64,000 nucleotides of DNA, taken from Vulcanimicrobiota bacterium. GTDB taxonomy: Bacteria; Vulcanimicrobiota; Vulcanimicrobiia; Vulcanimicrobiales; Vulcanimicrobiaceae. Numbering within the stretch: the stretch's first letter is position 1; each line of letters begins with the position of its first letter. Positions 36,809 to 46,727 of this stretch are shown one piece after another. The translations under genes were made by a program, and so were the position numbers. The stretch spans positions 576,001 to 640,000 of the forward strand of contig CAVZQC010000002.1 of NCBI GenBank assembly GCA_963777315.1. The letters run 5' to 3'. The notes beneath the pieces were generated by a model. It did no database searches. It saw nothing but the letters and a program-made list of their open reading frames with translations, and was not told the origin of the DNA.

Positions 36809-37797
36809 AGATAGGCGTGCCGCGCGGCGAAATCTTTGGCGAAATACGTGATGACGATGTCGGCTCCGGCGCGCACGAAACAGACCAGCAGTTCGTCGAC
36901 CGCGCGCTCTTCCTCTATCCAGCCGTTTTGCGCGGCAGCTTTGACCATCGCGTACTCGCCGCTGACGTTGTATACCGCGATCGGCGTATCGAATCGCACT
37001 CGGGCCGCGCGCACGATGTCTAAGTACGCAAGGCCAGGCTTGATCATCACGATGTCAGCGCCTTCCGCAACGTCCAATGCGATTTCGCGAAGCGCTTCAC
37101 GTTCGTTGGGCGGATCCATTTGATAACTGCGCCGGTCGCCAAATGCGGGCGTGGAATCGGCGGCTTCGCGAAACGGTCCGTAAAACGCCGAAGCGTACTT
37201 TGCGCTGTACGCCATGATGGCGGTCTGTTCGAAGTTGTCGGCATCGAGCGCTTTGCGAATCGCCCCCACGCGCCCGTCCATCATGTCGGAAGGAGCAATG
37301 ACGTCGACGCCGGCCCGCGCGTAGGTCAGCGCGGTTCGCGCGAGCACTTCCACCGTGGCATCGTTTTCGACGTCCCCCGCCGTATCCAGGATTCCGCAAT
37401 GCCCGTGATCGGTGTATTCGCAGTTGCATAAGTCGGCGATGACCACGACGTGAGGAAAGGCGGCTTTGATGGCGCGCGCGGTGCGCTGGACGATGCCGTC
37501 GGGGTCGTAGTTGGCGCTCGCGAAGGCATCTTTGGTCTGCGGTATTCCGAACAGCAGCACGCTGTGCAGCCCGAGCGCGTCGAGCACGCCCACCTCTTGC
37601 ACTGCGCCGTCTGCGGTGTAGCGTTCGATGCCGGGCATCGATCCGATGGGACCAGCGCCGTTCGCATCTTCGACCACGAACAGCGGCTGCACCAGTTGCG
37701 AAACGTGCACGCGATGCTCGCGCACCAGCGATCGCATGCTGGGGCTGCGTCGCAGCCGTCGCGGACGAAACGTTTGCTGCAAGCTAGCGCGCTGCAT
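36805..37797 (-). CDS. hemB: Porphobilinogen synthase (Zn-type)
   Basis: RPRRLR, CNCEYTDHGHCG, APSDMMDGR, SAFYGPFR, MIKPG, YNVSGEY. Confidence 0.97.
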   Translation of the reverse strand: MQRASLQQTFRPRRLRRSPSMRSLVREHRVHVSQLVQPLFVVEDANGAGPIGSMPGIERYTADGAVQEVGVLDALGLHSVLLFGIPQTKDAFASANYDPDGIVQRTARAIKAAFPHVVVIADLCNCEYTDHGHCGILDTAGDVENDATVEVLARTALTYARAGVDVIAPSDMMDGRVGAIRKALDADNFEQTAIMAYSAKYASAFYGPFREAADSTPAFGDRRSYQMDPPNEREALREIALDVAEGADIVMIKPGLAYLDIVRAARVRFDTPIAVYNVSGEYAMVKAAAQNGWIEEERAVDELLVCFVRAGADIVITYFAKDFAARHAYL

Positions 37798-38746
37798 GCG
37801 CCGCCAAAAGTGAATCTGCGCCGCGCTTGATCAGAGCGCGCGCGAGTGAAACGCCCAGGGCTTGCGCTCGTTCTCTAGTGTCCGCCGCCGCGCCGACGCG
37901 CTCGCGCAACGCTGCGCGCCCGTCAGGCGCACCGACGACTCCCCACGCGACGAGCGCATCGCCCTCGTATCGCGCGTGAATGCCGATCGGCGCTAAGCAT
38001 CCGCCGCGCAGCTCCCGCAATGCTGCGCGTTCGCAGAGCACCGCGCGTTCCGCCCGGTCGTCGTTGATCGCTTCGCGCAGACGCTCGGCGATGTCGCCGG
38101 CATCGGCGCGAGTTTCGACTGCAAGCGCTCCTTGCGCTACCGCCGGAACCAACTGCGCGGGATCGAAGGCAACCGTGTAGCGGGCAAAAACGCGCAAACG
38201 GCGCAGCCCCGCGGATGCGAGCACGAGCGCGTCATACGCACCCTCGCGCAGCTTGCGCAGCCGCGTATCGATGTTTCCTCGCACGTCAAGGTACTGGAGA
38301 TCGTGGCGCATGCCGGCCAGCTGCGCGCGCCGGCGCGGACTCGACGTGCCCACGCGAGCTCCCGCGGGCAGATCCGCAAACGTCGCATACTTTTCGCTGC
38401 AAAACGCGTCGCTGGGATCTTCGCGCGCGGAAATTGCCGCGATCTGCATGTCGTCGGGCAGAACACTGGGCAAGTCTTTGCACGAGTGAACGGCGTACTG
38501 CGCGCGCCCATCGCGCAGCGCTGCCTCGAGCTCCTTGACGAACACGCCGTCCGAGCCGATCGCCGCCGGCGAACGATCCTGCACCCGATCTCCGGTCGTG
38601 GTCACGGCCAGAATCGTGGTTGCGATCCCGCAGGCCGCAAGTTTGGCTGCGACGATTCGCGCCTGCGTCATCGCCAGCGCGCTTGAGCGCGACGCGCACA
38701 CCGCAACGGGCATGCGCGTGCGTATCGTATCGTTGGAATCGGCCAT
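37784..38746 (-). CDS. hemC: Hydroxymethylbilane synthase
   Basis: SRSSALAMTQ, TTGD, GVFVKELE, VHSCKDLP, GTSSPRR, RGNIDTRL, GGCLAP. Start could be 38713. Confidence 0.96.
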   Translation of the reverse strand: MADSNDTIRTRMPVAVCASRSSALAMTQARIVAAKLAACGIATTILAVTTTGDRVQDRSPAAIGSDGVFVKELEAALRDGRAQYAVHSCKDLPSVLPDDMQIAAISAREDPSDAFCSEKYATFADLPAGARVGTSSPRRRAQLAGMRHDLQYLDVRGNIDTRLRKLREGAYDALVLASAGLRRLRVFARYTVAFDPAQLVPAVAQGALAVETRADAGDIAERLREAINDDRAERAVLCERAALRELRGGCLAPIGIHARYEGDALVAWGVVGAPDGRAALRERVGAAADTRERAQALGVSLARALIKRGADSLLAAHAAR

Positions 38747-38789
38747 TGGGGCATGACTTCGCTGCAAGCGTGCCCAAAACTCTCCGCTC

Positions 38790-40430
38790 ATGCGCAGCCC
38801 CTTACGTGCCGCCCTCATTGCCGCGGGGATTGCGGCGCTCGTGACGATACCGGGGCTGGGCAGCGGCACGTTGTGGGACAACAGCGAAACGGCGTACGGC
38901 GAAGTGGCGCGCGAGATCTTGCTCACGCGCAGCTGGGTCGTCATGCACCTCAACGGGGTGCCGTGGTTCGTCCAGCCGCCGCTCTACTTTTGGATCGCGG
39001 CGATTTGCGCCAAACTGTTGGGCGTCACGTCGTTCGCGCTACGGCTTCCTTCGGCGCTGGCCACGGTCGCCATGGGCGGCATGACGGCGTACGCGGTCAC
39101 GCGCCAGGCCGGAACGCGCGCCGGTTTGTACGCCGGAGTCGTGCTTTCGACGTGCCTGATGCAAGCAATCGTCGGGCGGCTCGCCATCATGGACGCCCTG
39201 CTCGACCTGGCGGTTGCCTTTGCCGTTTTTTGGTGGTTTCGCTCGGTGCAGACGGGCCGAGACCGGTACTTGCTCTACGGTTCGATAGCCGCCGCGCTCG
39301 GTTTTCTGGCCAAAGGGCCGGTTGCGCCGGTCGTCGCGCTGCTGGTCATCCTGCCATATTATTTCTGGGAGCGTCGAGCCGGCAGCGCGCACGCTCCGTC
39401 GTGGCGCGGATGGGCGGGCGGAATCGCACTGTTCGTTGCGATCGTGGCGCCGTGGTTTGCCGCGCTGGCTTCTGCAAGCGGCGCCCATTCGATCTTCGAA
39501 TTGATCGGCCACTATACGTTCGGGCGCTACACGCAAACGATCGAAAATCAAAGCGGACCAATCTGGTACTACGTCCCGGTCATCATTCTCGGATTCTTTC
39601 CGTGGATCGCGTTTCTGCCCTCGGCGATCGCATTGGGCATCGATCGTCTGCGCCGGCGCGCGCTCAGTCTCGACGAGCAGAACGCGCAGCAAATCGTGCG
39701 GTTGGCGCTGGTTTGGATCGTGATGCCGCTGTTGTTTTTCAGCTTCGCCAAAACCAAGCTTCCGAACTATATCGCGCTCGAGCTTCCCGCGATGGCCGTG
39801 CTGGTGGCCGTGTACTTCGATGCGGCCGTGCAGCGCGCGCGCAGCCGCTCGGCGTTGATCTCCACGGCGGCGGTTCCGGCGTTCATTTTGCTTTTGGGCA
39901 TCGCCATCGTGTGGTTTTCGCACGACAACCGGCTCACCGGAGACCTTCATACCGTTGCGATCAACTTGATCTACGTCGGCGGAGCGGTGTTCGTCGGGTC
40001 GATCGTCGCGTTCTTCGCATTGCTTGCGCCCGCGCGCGCTCGGGCCGGCGCTCCGTACGTGCTGGGTTTCGCCATGGTGCTCGCGGTCGCGTTTTTGGCA
40101 TTGCTGGCGCTCCCGCAGGCCGAGCGATTCAAGCCCGTGCCGCACTTGGCCAAGATCATCAACGTCAACCGAAGACCCGGCGATGCCGTCGCGATTCTCA
40201 ACGTGTCCGGCGGAAACGCGCTGCTGTTCTACACGCGCCCGCAAGTGCACGTTTTACGCGGCGGCCACGGCGATCGCGGCGTCATCTGTTCGTCTGCGCG
40301 CACGTGGCTCGTCGGTCCGCGCCGGGGCGACGTGCCCGCTTTCGGCGACGCGCCCAAAGTCGTCGCGCACTGGGGCAAAGACTCGCTCTACCTCTACGAC
40401 GGCGCGTCGTGCAAGCTCGCCGGAGGGTAA
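38790..40430 (+). CDS. ArnT/PMT-like (GT83, GT-C) glycosyltransferase
   Basis: WDNSETAYGEVARE, QPPLYFW, LAKGPV, KLPNYI; about 13 TM segments. Confidence 0.9.
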   Translation: MRSPLRAALIAAGIAALVTIPGLGSGTLWDNSETAYGEVAREILLTRSWVVMHLNGVPWFVQPPLYFWIAAICAKLLGVTSFALRLPSALATVAMGGMTAYAVTRQAGTRAGLYAGVVLSTCLMQAIVGRLAIMDALLDLAVAFAVFWWFRSVQTGRDRYLLYGSIAAALGFLAKGPVAPVVALLVILPYYFWERRAGSAHAPSWRGWAGGIALFVAIVAPWFAALASASGAHSIFELIGHYTFGRYTQTIENQSGPIWYYVPVIILGFFPWIAFLPSAIALGIDRLRRRALSLDEQNAQQIVRLALVWIVMPLLFFSFAKTKLPNYIALELPAMAVLVAVYFDAAVQRARSRSALISTAAVPAFILLLGIAIVWFSHDNRLTGDLHTVAINLIYVGGAVFVGSIVAFFALLAPARARAGAPYVLGFAMVLAVAFLALLALPQAERFKPVPHLAKIINVNRRPGDAVAILNVSGGNALLFYTRPQVHVLRGGHGDRGVICSSARTWLVGPRRGDVPAFGDAPKVVAHWGKDSLYLYDGASCKLAGG

Positions 40431-40436
40431 GCCGGG

Positions 40437-41009
40437 ATGAACAAGGACCGCATGGTTGCGTTCAGCGACGGCGTCATCGCCGTGATCATCACCATCATGG
40501 TGTTGGAGATGAAGATTCCGCGCGGCTCGGACTTGGGGGCCATCAAACCGACGCTCCCGGTGTTTCTGACGTACGTGCTCAGCTTCGTCAACATCGGCAT
40601 CTATTGGAACAACCACCATCACCTGCTGTACGCGGCCGAGCGCATCGACGGGCGCAGCATGTGGGCGAATCTGCATCTGCTGTTTTGGCTTTCGCTGGTT
40701 CCGTTCACCACCGGATGGATGGGTGAAAACCACTTCGCCGCGCTGGCGACGGCGATCTACGGCATCGTGCTTTTCATGGCGGCCGTCGCGTACGTCATCC
40801 TGCAGATGCTGCTCATAGCGGTGAACGGCAAGGATTCAACCCTCGCGCGGGCGATGGGCAGCGATTTCAAAGGGCGAATATCGCTGGTCCTTTACGCATG
40901 CGCGATACCGCTGGCGTTTTTCGTTCAGTGGGCGTCGGACGTGCTGTACGTGGTTGTGGCAATCACGTGGCTGGTTCCCGATTCGCGCATCGAAAAAAAC
41001 GTTACGTAG
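40437..41009 (+). CDS. TMEM175-family potassium channel
   Basis: RMVAFSDGVIAVIITIMVLE, YWNNHHH, LVPFTT. Confidence 0.93.
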   Translation: MNKDRMVAFSDGVIAVIITIMVLEMKIPRGSDLGAIKPTLPVFLTYVLSFVNIGIYWNNHHHLLYAAERIDGRSMWANLHLLFWLSLVPFTTGWMGENHFAALATAIYGIVLFMAAVAYVILQMLLIAVNGKDSTLARAMGSDFKGRISLVLYACAIPLAFFVQWASDVLYVVVAITWLVPDSRIEKNVT

Positions 41010-41015
41010 CCGCGG

Positions 41016-42497
41016 TTATTTTCGTAGCTTGGCGACGTCCGATTCCTTGACGGCGCCCGCGTGATTCGTGCCCAGCGCGCTGCGAATGTAGGTCACCACG
41101 TCGGCGATGTCTTTGTTCGACAGCGTCTTCCACGGCGGCATCATGCCGTTGAAATTCTGCCCGTGCACCGAAATGGGCCCGGTTTTGCCGTTGAGCACGG
41201 TCGTGATGACGGCGCCGGCATCGCCGGTGACGAAATCGTTGCCGTCCAGCGGCGGAGCGACGTTGGGCGTGCCTTGACCGCTCGCGCCGTGACAGCTCGA
41301 GCAGTTTTGCGCAAAGACCTTTTGGCCGGCCGCCGCCTGAGGGCTGGTTGCAGCCGAAGTCGTGCTCGGCGGTCCGCCGGCGTTGCCGCCGCTGCGATTG
41401 ACGTTGGCCTGCTCTTTGGCAGCAACTGCCGCGGTGGGATTGGTCGCGGCCGCAGCCTGCTTTGCCATGATCGAAACCTGGCTCCAGATCGTCAGCGCCC
41501 ACATAACGATGAGCGCACCGCCGACCATCAGCATCACCGGTTTGCGGGAGCCGAACATGCGCGTCGTCGATCGATCGATCCACGGCATGAGCAAAATCAG
41601 CAGCGTCGCTACGCCGGGGATCACTAATGCGCCGATCACTTCGAAATCGCCCGGCACCAAATTGAGCAGTCCGAAGAGATCCAGGAAGTACCACGCCGGA
41701 TACGGCGTGAACTGAACGGTCGGATCGGCTTTCGCGTCGAGAAACGGCGGCGCGAATGCGGCTAGCGCAACCACGAACAAGAAGATGACGAACGACGCAA
41801 ACCCGTCCATGAACATCTGATCCGGCCAGAAGCGCCCCTTCTTGAGCGGGCGCGGATCTTCAACGGGAGGCCCGGCAGGGCCGTTCCAGCGGAAGATCGC
41901 CAAATGCGCGCCCACCAGCGCAATCAGAATTGCGGGCATCAACCAAACGTGCAGGCCGAAGAAGCGGTTGATGGTGAGCGTCCCCATCGTCGTGCCGTCT
42001 TGGGTGAACTGCTGGATGAACGCGCCGATGATCGGAGCTTGCAGCGTGAGATTGATGGCGACCTGCGAGGCGAAGTACGCGTTCATATCCCACGGCAGCA
42101 GGTAGCCCGTCAGGCCGAGCACCATGGTGACCAGCAGCAGAAGCACGCCGACGATCCACTGCAGTTCGCGCGGCGATTTGTACGCGCCCCAGACGACCAC
42201 TTGCAGCAAGTGCAAAAACAGCAGGGCGATCATCGCCGAAGCGCCCCAATAGTGCACGCTCAGCACGAAATGCTGGAACGGATGATCGTACATCGACTTG
42301 GTGGATTCCCACGCGGTCATGGCCGAGGGCGCGTAGAAAAAAGTTAGGAAGATGCCGGTGACGATCTGCAGGATCATCGCGAACAGCGTCGCGCTGCCGA
42401 AAACGTACCAATAGCTTGCGCCGCCGGGGATGTCCTCGGTAAGGAAGTCCTTCGTCATGCTGACGAAGCCGGTGCGCCGTTCGATCCAGTTCAGCAT
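41016..42497 (-). CDS. Cytochrome b (b6 + subunit IV-like) fused to C-terminal cytochrome c
   Basis: Heme His pairs HYWGASAMIALLFLH and HVWLMPAILIALVGAH; TGYLLPWD; PAWYF; then CSSCH...MMPPW. GAGGA RBS before the ATG at 42497. As assembled it is in frame with the upstream Rieske gene. Confidence 0.92.
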   Translation of the reverse strand: MLNWIERRTGFVSMTKDFLTEDIPGGASYWYVFGSATLFAMILQIVTGIFLTFFYAPSAMTAWESTKSMYDHPFQHFVLSVHYWGASAMIALLFLHLLQVVVWGAYKSPRELQWIVGVLLLLVTMVLGLTGYLLPWDMNAYFASQVAINLTLQAPIIGAFIQQFTQDGTTMGTLTINRFFGLHVWLMPAILIALVGAHLAIFRWNGPAGPPVEDPRPLKKGRFWPDQMFMDGFASFVIFLFVVALAAFAPPFLDAKADPTVQFTPYPAWYFLDLFGLLNLVPGDFEVIGALVIPGVATLLILLMPWIDRSTTRMFGSRKPVMLMVGGALIVMWALTIWSQVSIMAKQAAAATNPTAAVAAKEQANVNRSGGNAGGPPSTTSAATSPQAAAGQKVFAQNCSSCHGASGQGTPNVAPPLDGNDFVTGDAGAVITTVLNGKTGPISVHGQNFNGMMPPWKTLSNKDIADVVTYIRSALGTNHAGAVKESDVAKLRK

Positions 42498-43196
42498 CGT
42501 TGCTCTATCCTCACTGGTGTACGAAATGACGATGCGATTGGGAACCGTCGGCTGATACCGGATCCACTCGACCTGTGCTTGCCCGCTTTGCTCGCGCAGC
42601 GGCAAGGGGTCGAGCCCGCGGGCCGCCGGACCTGCGATGTGCGTGCCGTCAAAGCTGAACTGGGAACCGTGGCACGGGCACTGGAACTTGCCCGCCGCCG
42701 CATTGTACTGATAGAAGCAGCCTAAGTGCGGACAAATCGGGCTGAACAGCACGAAGCCCAAATTGACGATCTGATACGGCAATTCGTTTTTGCCGGTCGC
42801 AGGGTTGAACAGATCGGGACGCGCCTTCTGGAACTGCGCTTGATTCTTGACCTTGATCCCCCACACCGATTGCGGAGCCGATTCCTCGGGCAGATACGCG
42901 TCCTTGGTCTTGAGGTTGATATCGATCTTCACGGGCTTTTCGGTTGCGCTTTGCAGCGCGCTCCAACCGGCGGCATCGAGCGGCGTCCACGTCGCGCCAC
43001 CGCTGCCCACGTCGGGAATCAGCGAGCCGACGATCGGGATGGCCAAGCCCAGTCCGATGAGGCCGCCGATGGCAAGCGTGGCGTTGGCCATGAACGTGCG
43101 GCGGGTGATCTCCTCGTGGCTGCCTTCGTCGTCGTAAGCGCTGGCAATTCGAGGATGGGCGCCCTCATTCGGCGTGGTTTGGGCGTGGCTCGACAA
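42498..43196 (-). CDS. Rieske iron-sulfur subunit of the bc complex
   Basis: Tat motif TRRTFM plus TM; CPHLGC and CPCHGSQF; GPAARGL. No stop codon as assembled; a TGA lies one base out of frame at 42511-42513. Confidence 0.92.
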
Positions 43197-43453
43197 ATCG
43201 GTGGTCTCCGCAGGGCAACGTGGTTGGCGAATGTTTCACACCGATTCTACGCCCGCCCTCTCGCGGCGGCGACGACCATGCTCGGACTGACAAAAAAGGC
43301 GCCGGCCGCCCTGGAAGTACTCTCGCGCCGGATTGGAACCGCATGGCCATCGCCAGCCGCGCCGCATGCTGTGCGCGAGCCGGGAAGAAACGCTCGATCG
43401 TGCTCTCGTCCACGATGGCGGCGCTGTTCCGTGCCGAAGGCGCTGCGTTTACG

Positions 43454-44470
43454 CTACATCTTGTCACTGTGCAGACCGCTAATCCACAAGTTCACGCCGA
43501 AGTAGCAGAACATGATCGTGAGAAACCCTATCGCGCTCACCCATACGCTGCGCACTCCGCGCCACTCTTTGCGCGTGTGCAAGTGCATGTAAATGGCGTA
43601 GACGATCCAGGAGAACAGCGCGGCGGTCTCCTTGGGATCCCATTGCCAGTATGCTCCCCAGGCTTCGTGCGCCCACATCGCTCCGGTGATGACGCCCAAC
43701 GTGAGCAGCGGTAGGCCGACGGCGACGATCCGGTAGACGAGCACGTCGAGCTGCGCGAGGCTGGGCATCGTGCCGAGCCACTGCGCGACGCTGCTTCCGC
43801 CGGCTGCGGCTGCAGCGATGTTCGGGGTGTCCATGCGCACCGCAACCGCGCGCGGTGCGATCGCGGCATCCCCAACGGAGAGCTGCGCGCCCTGGTATGC
43901 CAGCGATCCGGCCAGCAGTTGGCCGCCGGGCTTTGACACGGCGCCCCCGGCGGCGAGGGTTGTTTTTGCGCCCAGCCCGCGCTCGAAATAGTATTTCACT
44001 AAATAGAGCGCCGACATCACGAACGCGACCATGAACGCCGAGTACGACGAAACGACCAGCGGAACGTGGATCTTGGCCCAATACGACTGCAGCGACGGAA
44101 CGGCGGGCATCGTTCCTTCGTTCCACGTCACTCCGTACGCAAGAAAGAGCGCCGCAAGCGCGAGCACGAAGCCGCCGGCGAACCACAACTTGTACCGCAG
44201 CGCAAATACGATGAAGATCCCGACCGAAATCGTCGCAAACAGTGAAAGCGATCCGTACAGGTTGAGCAACGGCCAGATGTGCGTTATTTCATACCGCGCC
44301 ACGAGCTGCGCGATTTGCGCGACGCACCCGGCGATCGCCAGCGGCGCGCCGAGGTGCAGCAGCCATTCTTCGCGCGAAAAAAAGTAGACGAGCAAGGCGA
44401 GCGCGCCGACGACGTACGCGCCCAGCGCGACGATCATCAGCACTTCGTCGAGCGGCATGTGTGCGTGCAT
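43454..44470 (-). CDS. ccsA: Cytochrome c biogenesis system II protein CcsA/ResC
   Basis: PSLQSYWAKIHV, WWD motif WAHEAWGAYWQWDPKET, GLHS. Confidence 0.95.
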   Translation of the reverse strand: MHAHMPLDEVLMIVALGAYVVGALALLVYFFSREEWLLHLGAPLAIAGCVAQIAQLVARYEITHIWPLLNLYGSLSLFATISVGIFIVFALRYKLWFAGGFVLALAALFLAYGVTWNEGTMPAVPSLQSYWAKIHVPLVVSSYSAFMVAFVMSALYLVKYYFERGLGAKTTLAAGGAVSKPGGQLLAGSLAYQGAQLSVGDAAIAPRAVAVRMDTPNIAAAAAGGSSVAQWLGTMPSLAQLDVLVYRIVAVGLPLLTLGVITGAMWAHEAWGAYWQWDPKETAALFSWIVYAIYMHLHTRKEWRGVRSVWVSAIGFLTIMFCYFGVNLWISGLHSDKM

Positions 44471-45879
44471 CAGGTTGCCTCCGCTAATGAGAGCGTGGGA
44501 GCCGGTCCCGGTGGATTCAGGGCGTTCTCGAATTCGGCGAGCAATTCGTTGAACTGCACTTCGAAGATGTCGTAGCCTTTGACGGTCGTGGCCGCAAGAC
44601 CCACGTCCCAGGCCGCGGGCGCGGTTTGCGTGGAGCTGCGACCGGCCGCCGGATCGACGCGCACGTAGAGCCGCGCAGGCAAAAAGTAAAATGAAATGAC
44701 CAGCCCCGCCAGCAGCACGAACGCGCCGATGCCGACGAGGGCAACGCCCGGATCGTAGCGGTATTGCAGCCCGCTGACCATGACGTAACTGCTCGGCGTT
44801 ATGCGCCAGCCGCCGCCGACGTCGATCCACGTTTTCAACGGGACCAGTGCCGCGCCGGCCGTTTGGTCGCCGTCGGCCACTTCGAGCGCCACGGCGGGAT
44901 CGTTCACGCGTGGATCGGCCGACGGCCGCCCGGTTTGGCGGTCGACCGTGGGAATGAACTGCGCGATCCGAATCTGCCGCTGCGTTCCGGGCAGCCCGAT
45001 CGAGTCACCGGTCAGGTAAGTCTTGTCCGACAGCGCGGCATCGCGCGTGCCGTCGTGGGCGACCAAAAACCGCAGACCGAAACCGTAGCTGGATTGGTAA
45101 AACAAGGTGCCGCCGATGTCGATGGGATGATTCACGCGAATCGTTTGGCTGCGGGCGTTTGCGTTCTCGTCGATCACCGTGACGTTGGAAACGTAATCGA
45201 TGGGCTGGTACACCATGCCGCTTTTGGTCATGATCGGCGTGATCTTGTAGTTGAAGTCGTTGAGCCGGATCGCGGCGTGCGAGTGCGGAACTGCGGTCGT
45301 TTGACCGACCTCGAGCGGCAAGTCCCCGGCAAAGCCGCGCGCCCAGTAGACCGACGTGCCCGCAGCGATGATTGTGAACCCGATGTGCGCGACCAGCACG
45401 CCGCGGCGAGCCCAGTTATGCTTGTCGGCAAACGTCCATTCGGTGCCCGCAAATTCGCGCTTGCGCACCTGCCAGCCGCGCTTGCGGAAAAACGCCTCGA
45501 CGCGATCGCGCACGGCGGATTCGCTGCCGCGCACCGTGATGGTGGCGTTGAGCGGAATCTTGTCGATCCGCACGGGGTGCAAAGCGGGAAGACGAGCGGG
45601 AATGACTCGCTTGAACGTGCACACGGCCAGCGACAGCAAGATGAGGCCGATGATGCCCACGTAGTACGGGGTGTGGTAGATATTGTCGACGTTCAAGCGC
45701 AGGATGAGCCGCGCAAGCGGGGGCGCGTACATCGCGAAGTAATCGCTCGGGTCCTTGCCTTGCGCGACGACCACTCCGACTAGCGTCATCACGCCCCACG
45801 CCAGCAGCAGGCACACGGCGAACAGCACGTTGCCGAAAGTGCGCGTGAATTCGTCGTAATACGTCCGAAGCACCGCCAT
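44470..45879 (-). CDS. resB: Cytochrome c biogenesis system II protein ResB/CcsB
   Basis: NIYHTPYY, AVCTFKR, AHIG, IRVNHP, YQSSYG, DPG plus TM. Confidence 0.92.
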   Translation of the reverse strand: MAVLRTYYDEFTRTFGNVLFAVCLLLAWGVMTLVGVVVAQGKDPSDYFAMYAPPLARLILRLNVDNIYHTPYYVGIIGLILLSLAVCTFKRVIPARLPALHPVRIDKIPLNATITVRGSESAVRDRVEAFFRKRGWQVRKREFAGTEWTFADKHNWARRGVLVAHIGFTIIAAGTSVYWARGFAGDLPLEVGQTTAVPHSHAAIRLNDFNYKITPIMTKSGMVYQPIDYVSNVTVIDENANARSQTIRVNHPIDIGGTLFYQSSYGFGLRFLVAHDGTRDAALSDKTYLTGDSIGLPGTQRQIRIAQFIPTVDRQTGRPSADPRVNDPAVALEVADGDQTAGAALVPLKTWIDVGGGWRITPSSYVMVSGLQYRYDPGVALVGIGAFVLLAGLVISFYFLPARLYVRVDPAAGRSSTQTAPAAWDVGLAATTVKGYDIFEVQFNELLAEFENALNPPGPAPTLSLAEAT

Positions 45880-45892
45880 GCGGCTTACGAGC

Positions 45893-46723
45893 TTAATATG
45901 CCGCGGCTTGGGCCCGCCACGACTTCTCAAGCAGCGCGATGATCCACAGGCTGGCTTCGTACAGCGCGTACATCGGCAGCGCCATCATCGCCATGGTCAG
46001 CGGGTTGCCGTCCGGCGCGGCCACGGCGCCGAACAAGAAGAAGCCGAACAGGAAGTAGCGTCTGGAGCGCTTGAGAAATGCCGAATTCACTATGCCGATG
46101 CGGGCCAGGGCGATCATCACGATCGGCGTTTGAAAGATCAGCGCGAACGCCAGAAACACCAGCAGAATGAAGTTCAGCGTCGATTCGATCCCGAACGTCG
46201 GCGTGGCTACGTGGTTGGTTACGCCGATCAACGTACCGACCACGCGCGGCAGCACCAAGAAGTGCGCGAATGCGATGCCTGCCAGCGCCAGAAAAAACGA
46301 GGGCGCGACGTAAGCGTACACCATGCGCCGCGTGCGCGGATGAAACGCCGGAACGACGAACATCCACAGCTGGTAAAGCAGCACCGGCAAGCCGACCACG
46401 ATGGCCGCGTAGATCGAAAACTTGAATTCCACCATGATCACGTCGGCCGGTCCGAACGCGTGAAGCTGGACGCCGTGAAAATAGGCGTTGGTCAGAAACG
46501 GAATGACGTACTGGGAAGGCCAAAACAGCAGCACGCCTAGGCCGACGACCGTACCGATAACCACGAGAAGCCGCTTGCGCAGCTCGTGCAGGTGCTCGGT
46601 GAAGCTCATCTCCTTTTGATCCCACGCCAAGTCCCCGGCGTTCTCGCCGGCGAGCTGAGCGGTGGCGGGAAGCGCGCTTTCGCTTTGCGCGAAGCCGGCC
46701 GGAGCGCTGCGGGATGAGAACAC
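45893..46723 (-). CDS. tatC: Twin-arginine translocase TatC
   Basis: MSFTEHLHELRKRL, YQLWMFVVP, FQTP, ALYEAS. Start uncertain. Confidence 0.95.
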   Translation of the reverse strand: MFSSRSAPAGFAQSESALPATAQLAGENAGDLAWDQKEMSFTEHLHELRKRLLVVIGTVVGLGVLLFWPSQYVIPFLTNAYFHGVQLHAFGPADVIMVEFKFSIYAAIVVGLPVLLYQLWMFVVPAFHPRTRRMVYAYVAPSFFLALAGIAFAHFLVLPRVVGTLIGVTNHVATPTFGIESTLNFILLVFLAFALIFQTPIVMIALARIGIVNSAFLKRSRRYFLFGFFLFGAVAAPDGNPLTMAMMALPMYALYEASLWIIALLEKSWRAQAAAY

Positions 46724-46727
46724 GGTC

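Noticed and set aside
43224..43241. Rex/CRP-like site (minus strand GTGTGAAACATTCGCCAA) before the Rieske gene
   Set aside because: Only one half-site matches and the palindrome is poor.
43281..43302. Intrinsic terminator (minus strand GGCG-GCCGG-CGCC-TTTTTT) between ccsA and Rieske
   Set aside because: The stem is only about 4 bp, too weak to call by eye.
43165..43467. Small ORF in the ccsA-Rieske gap
   Set aside because: No recognisable motif or RBS, and it overlaps both neighbours.
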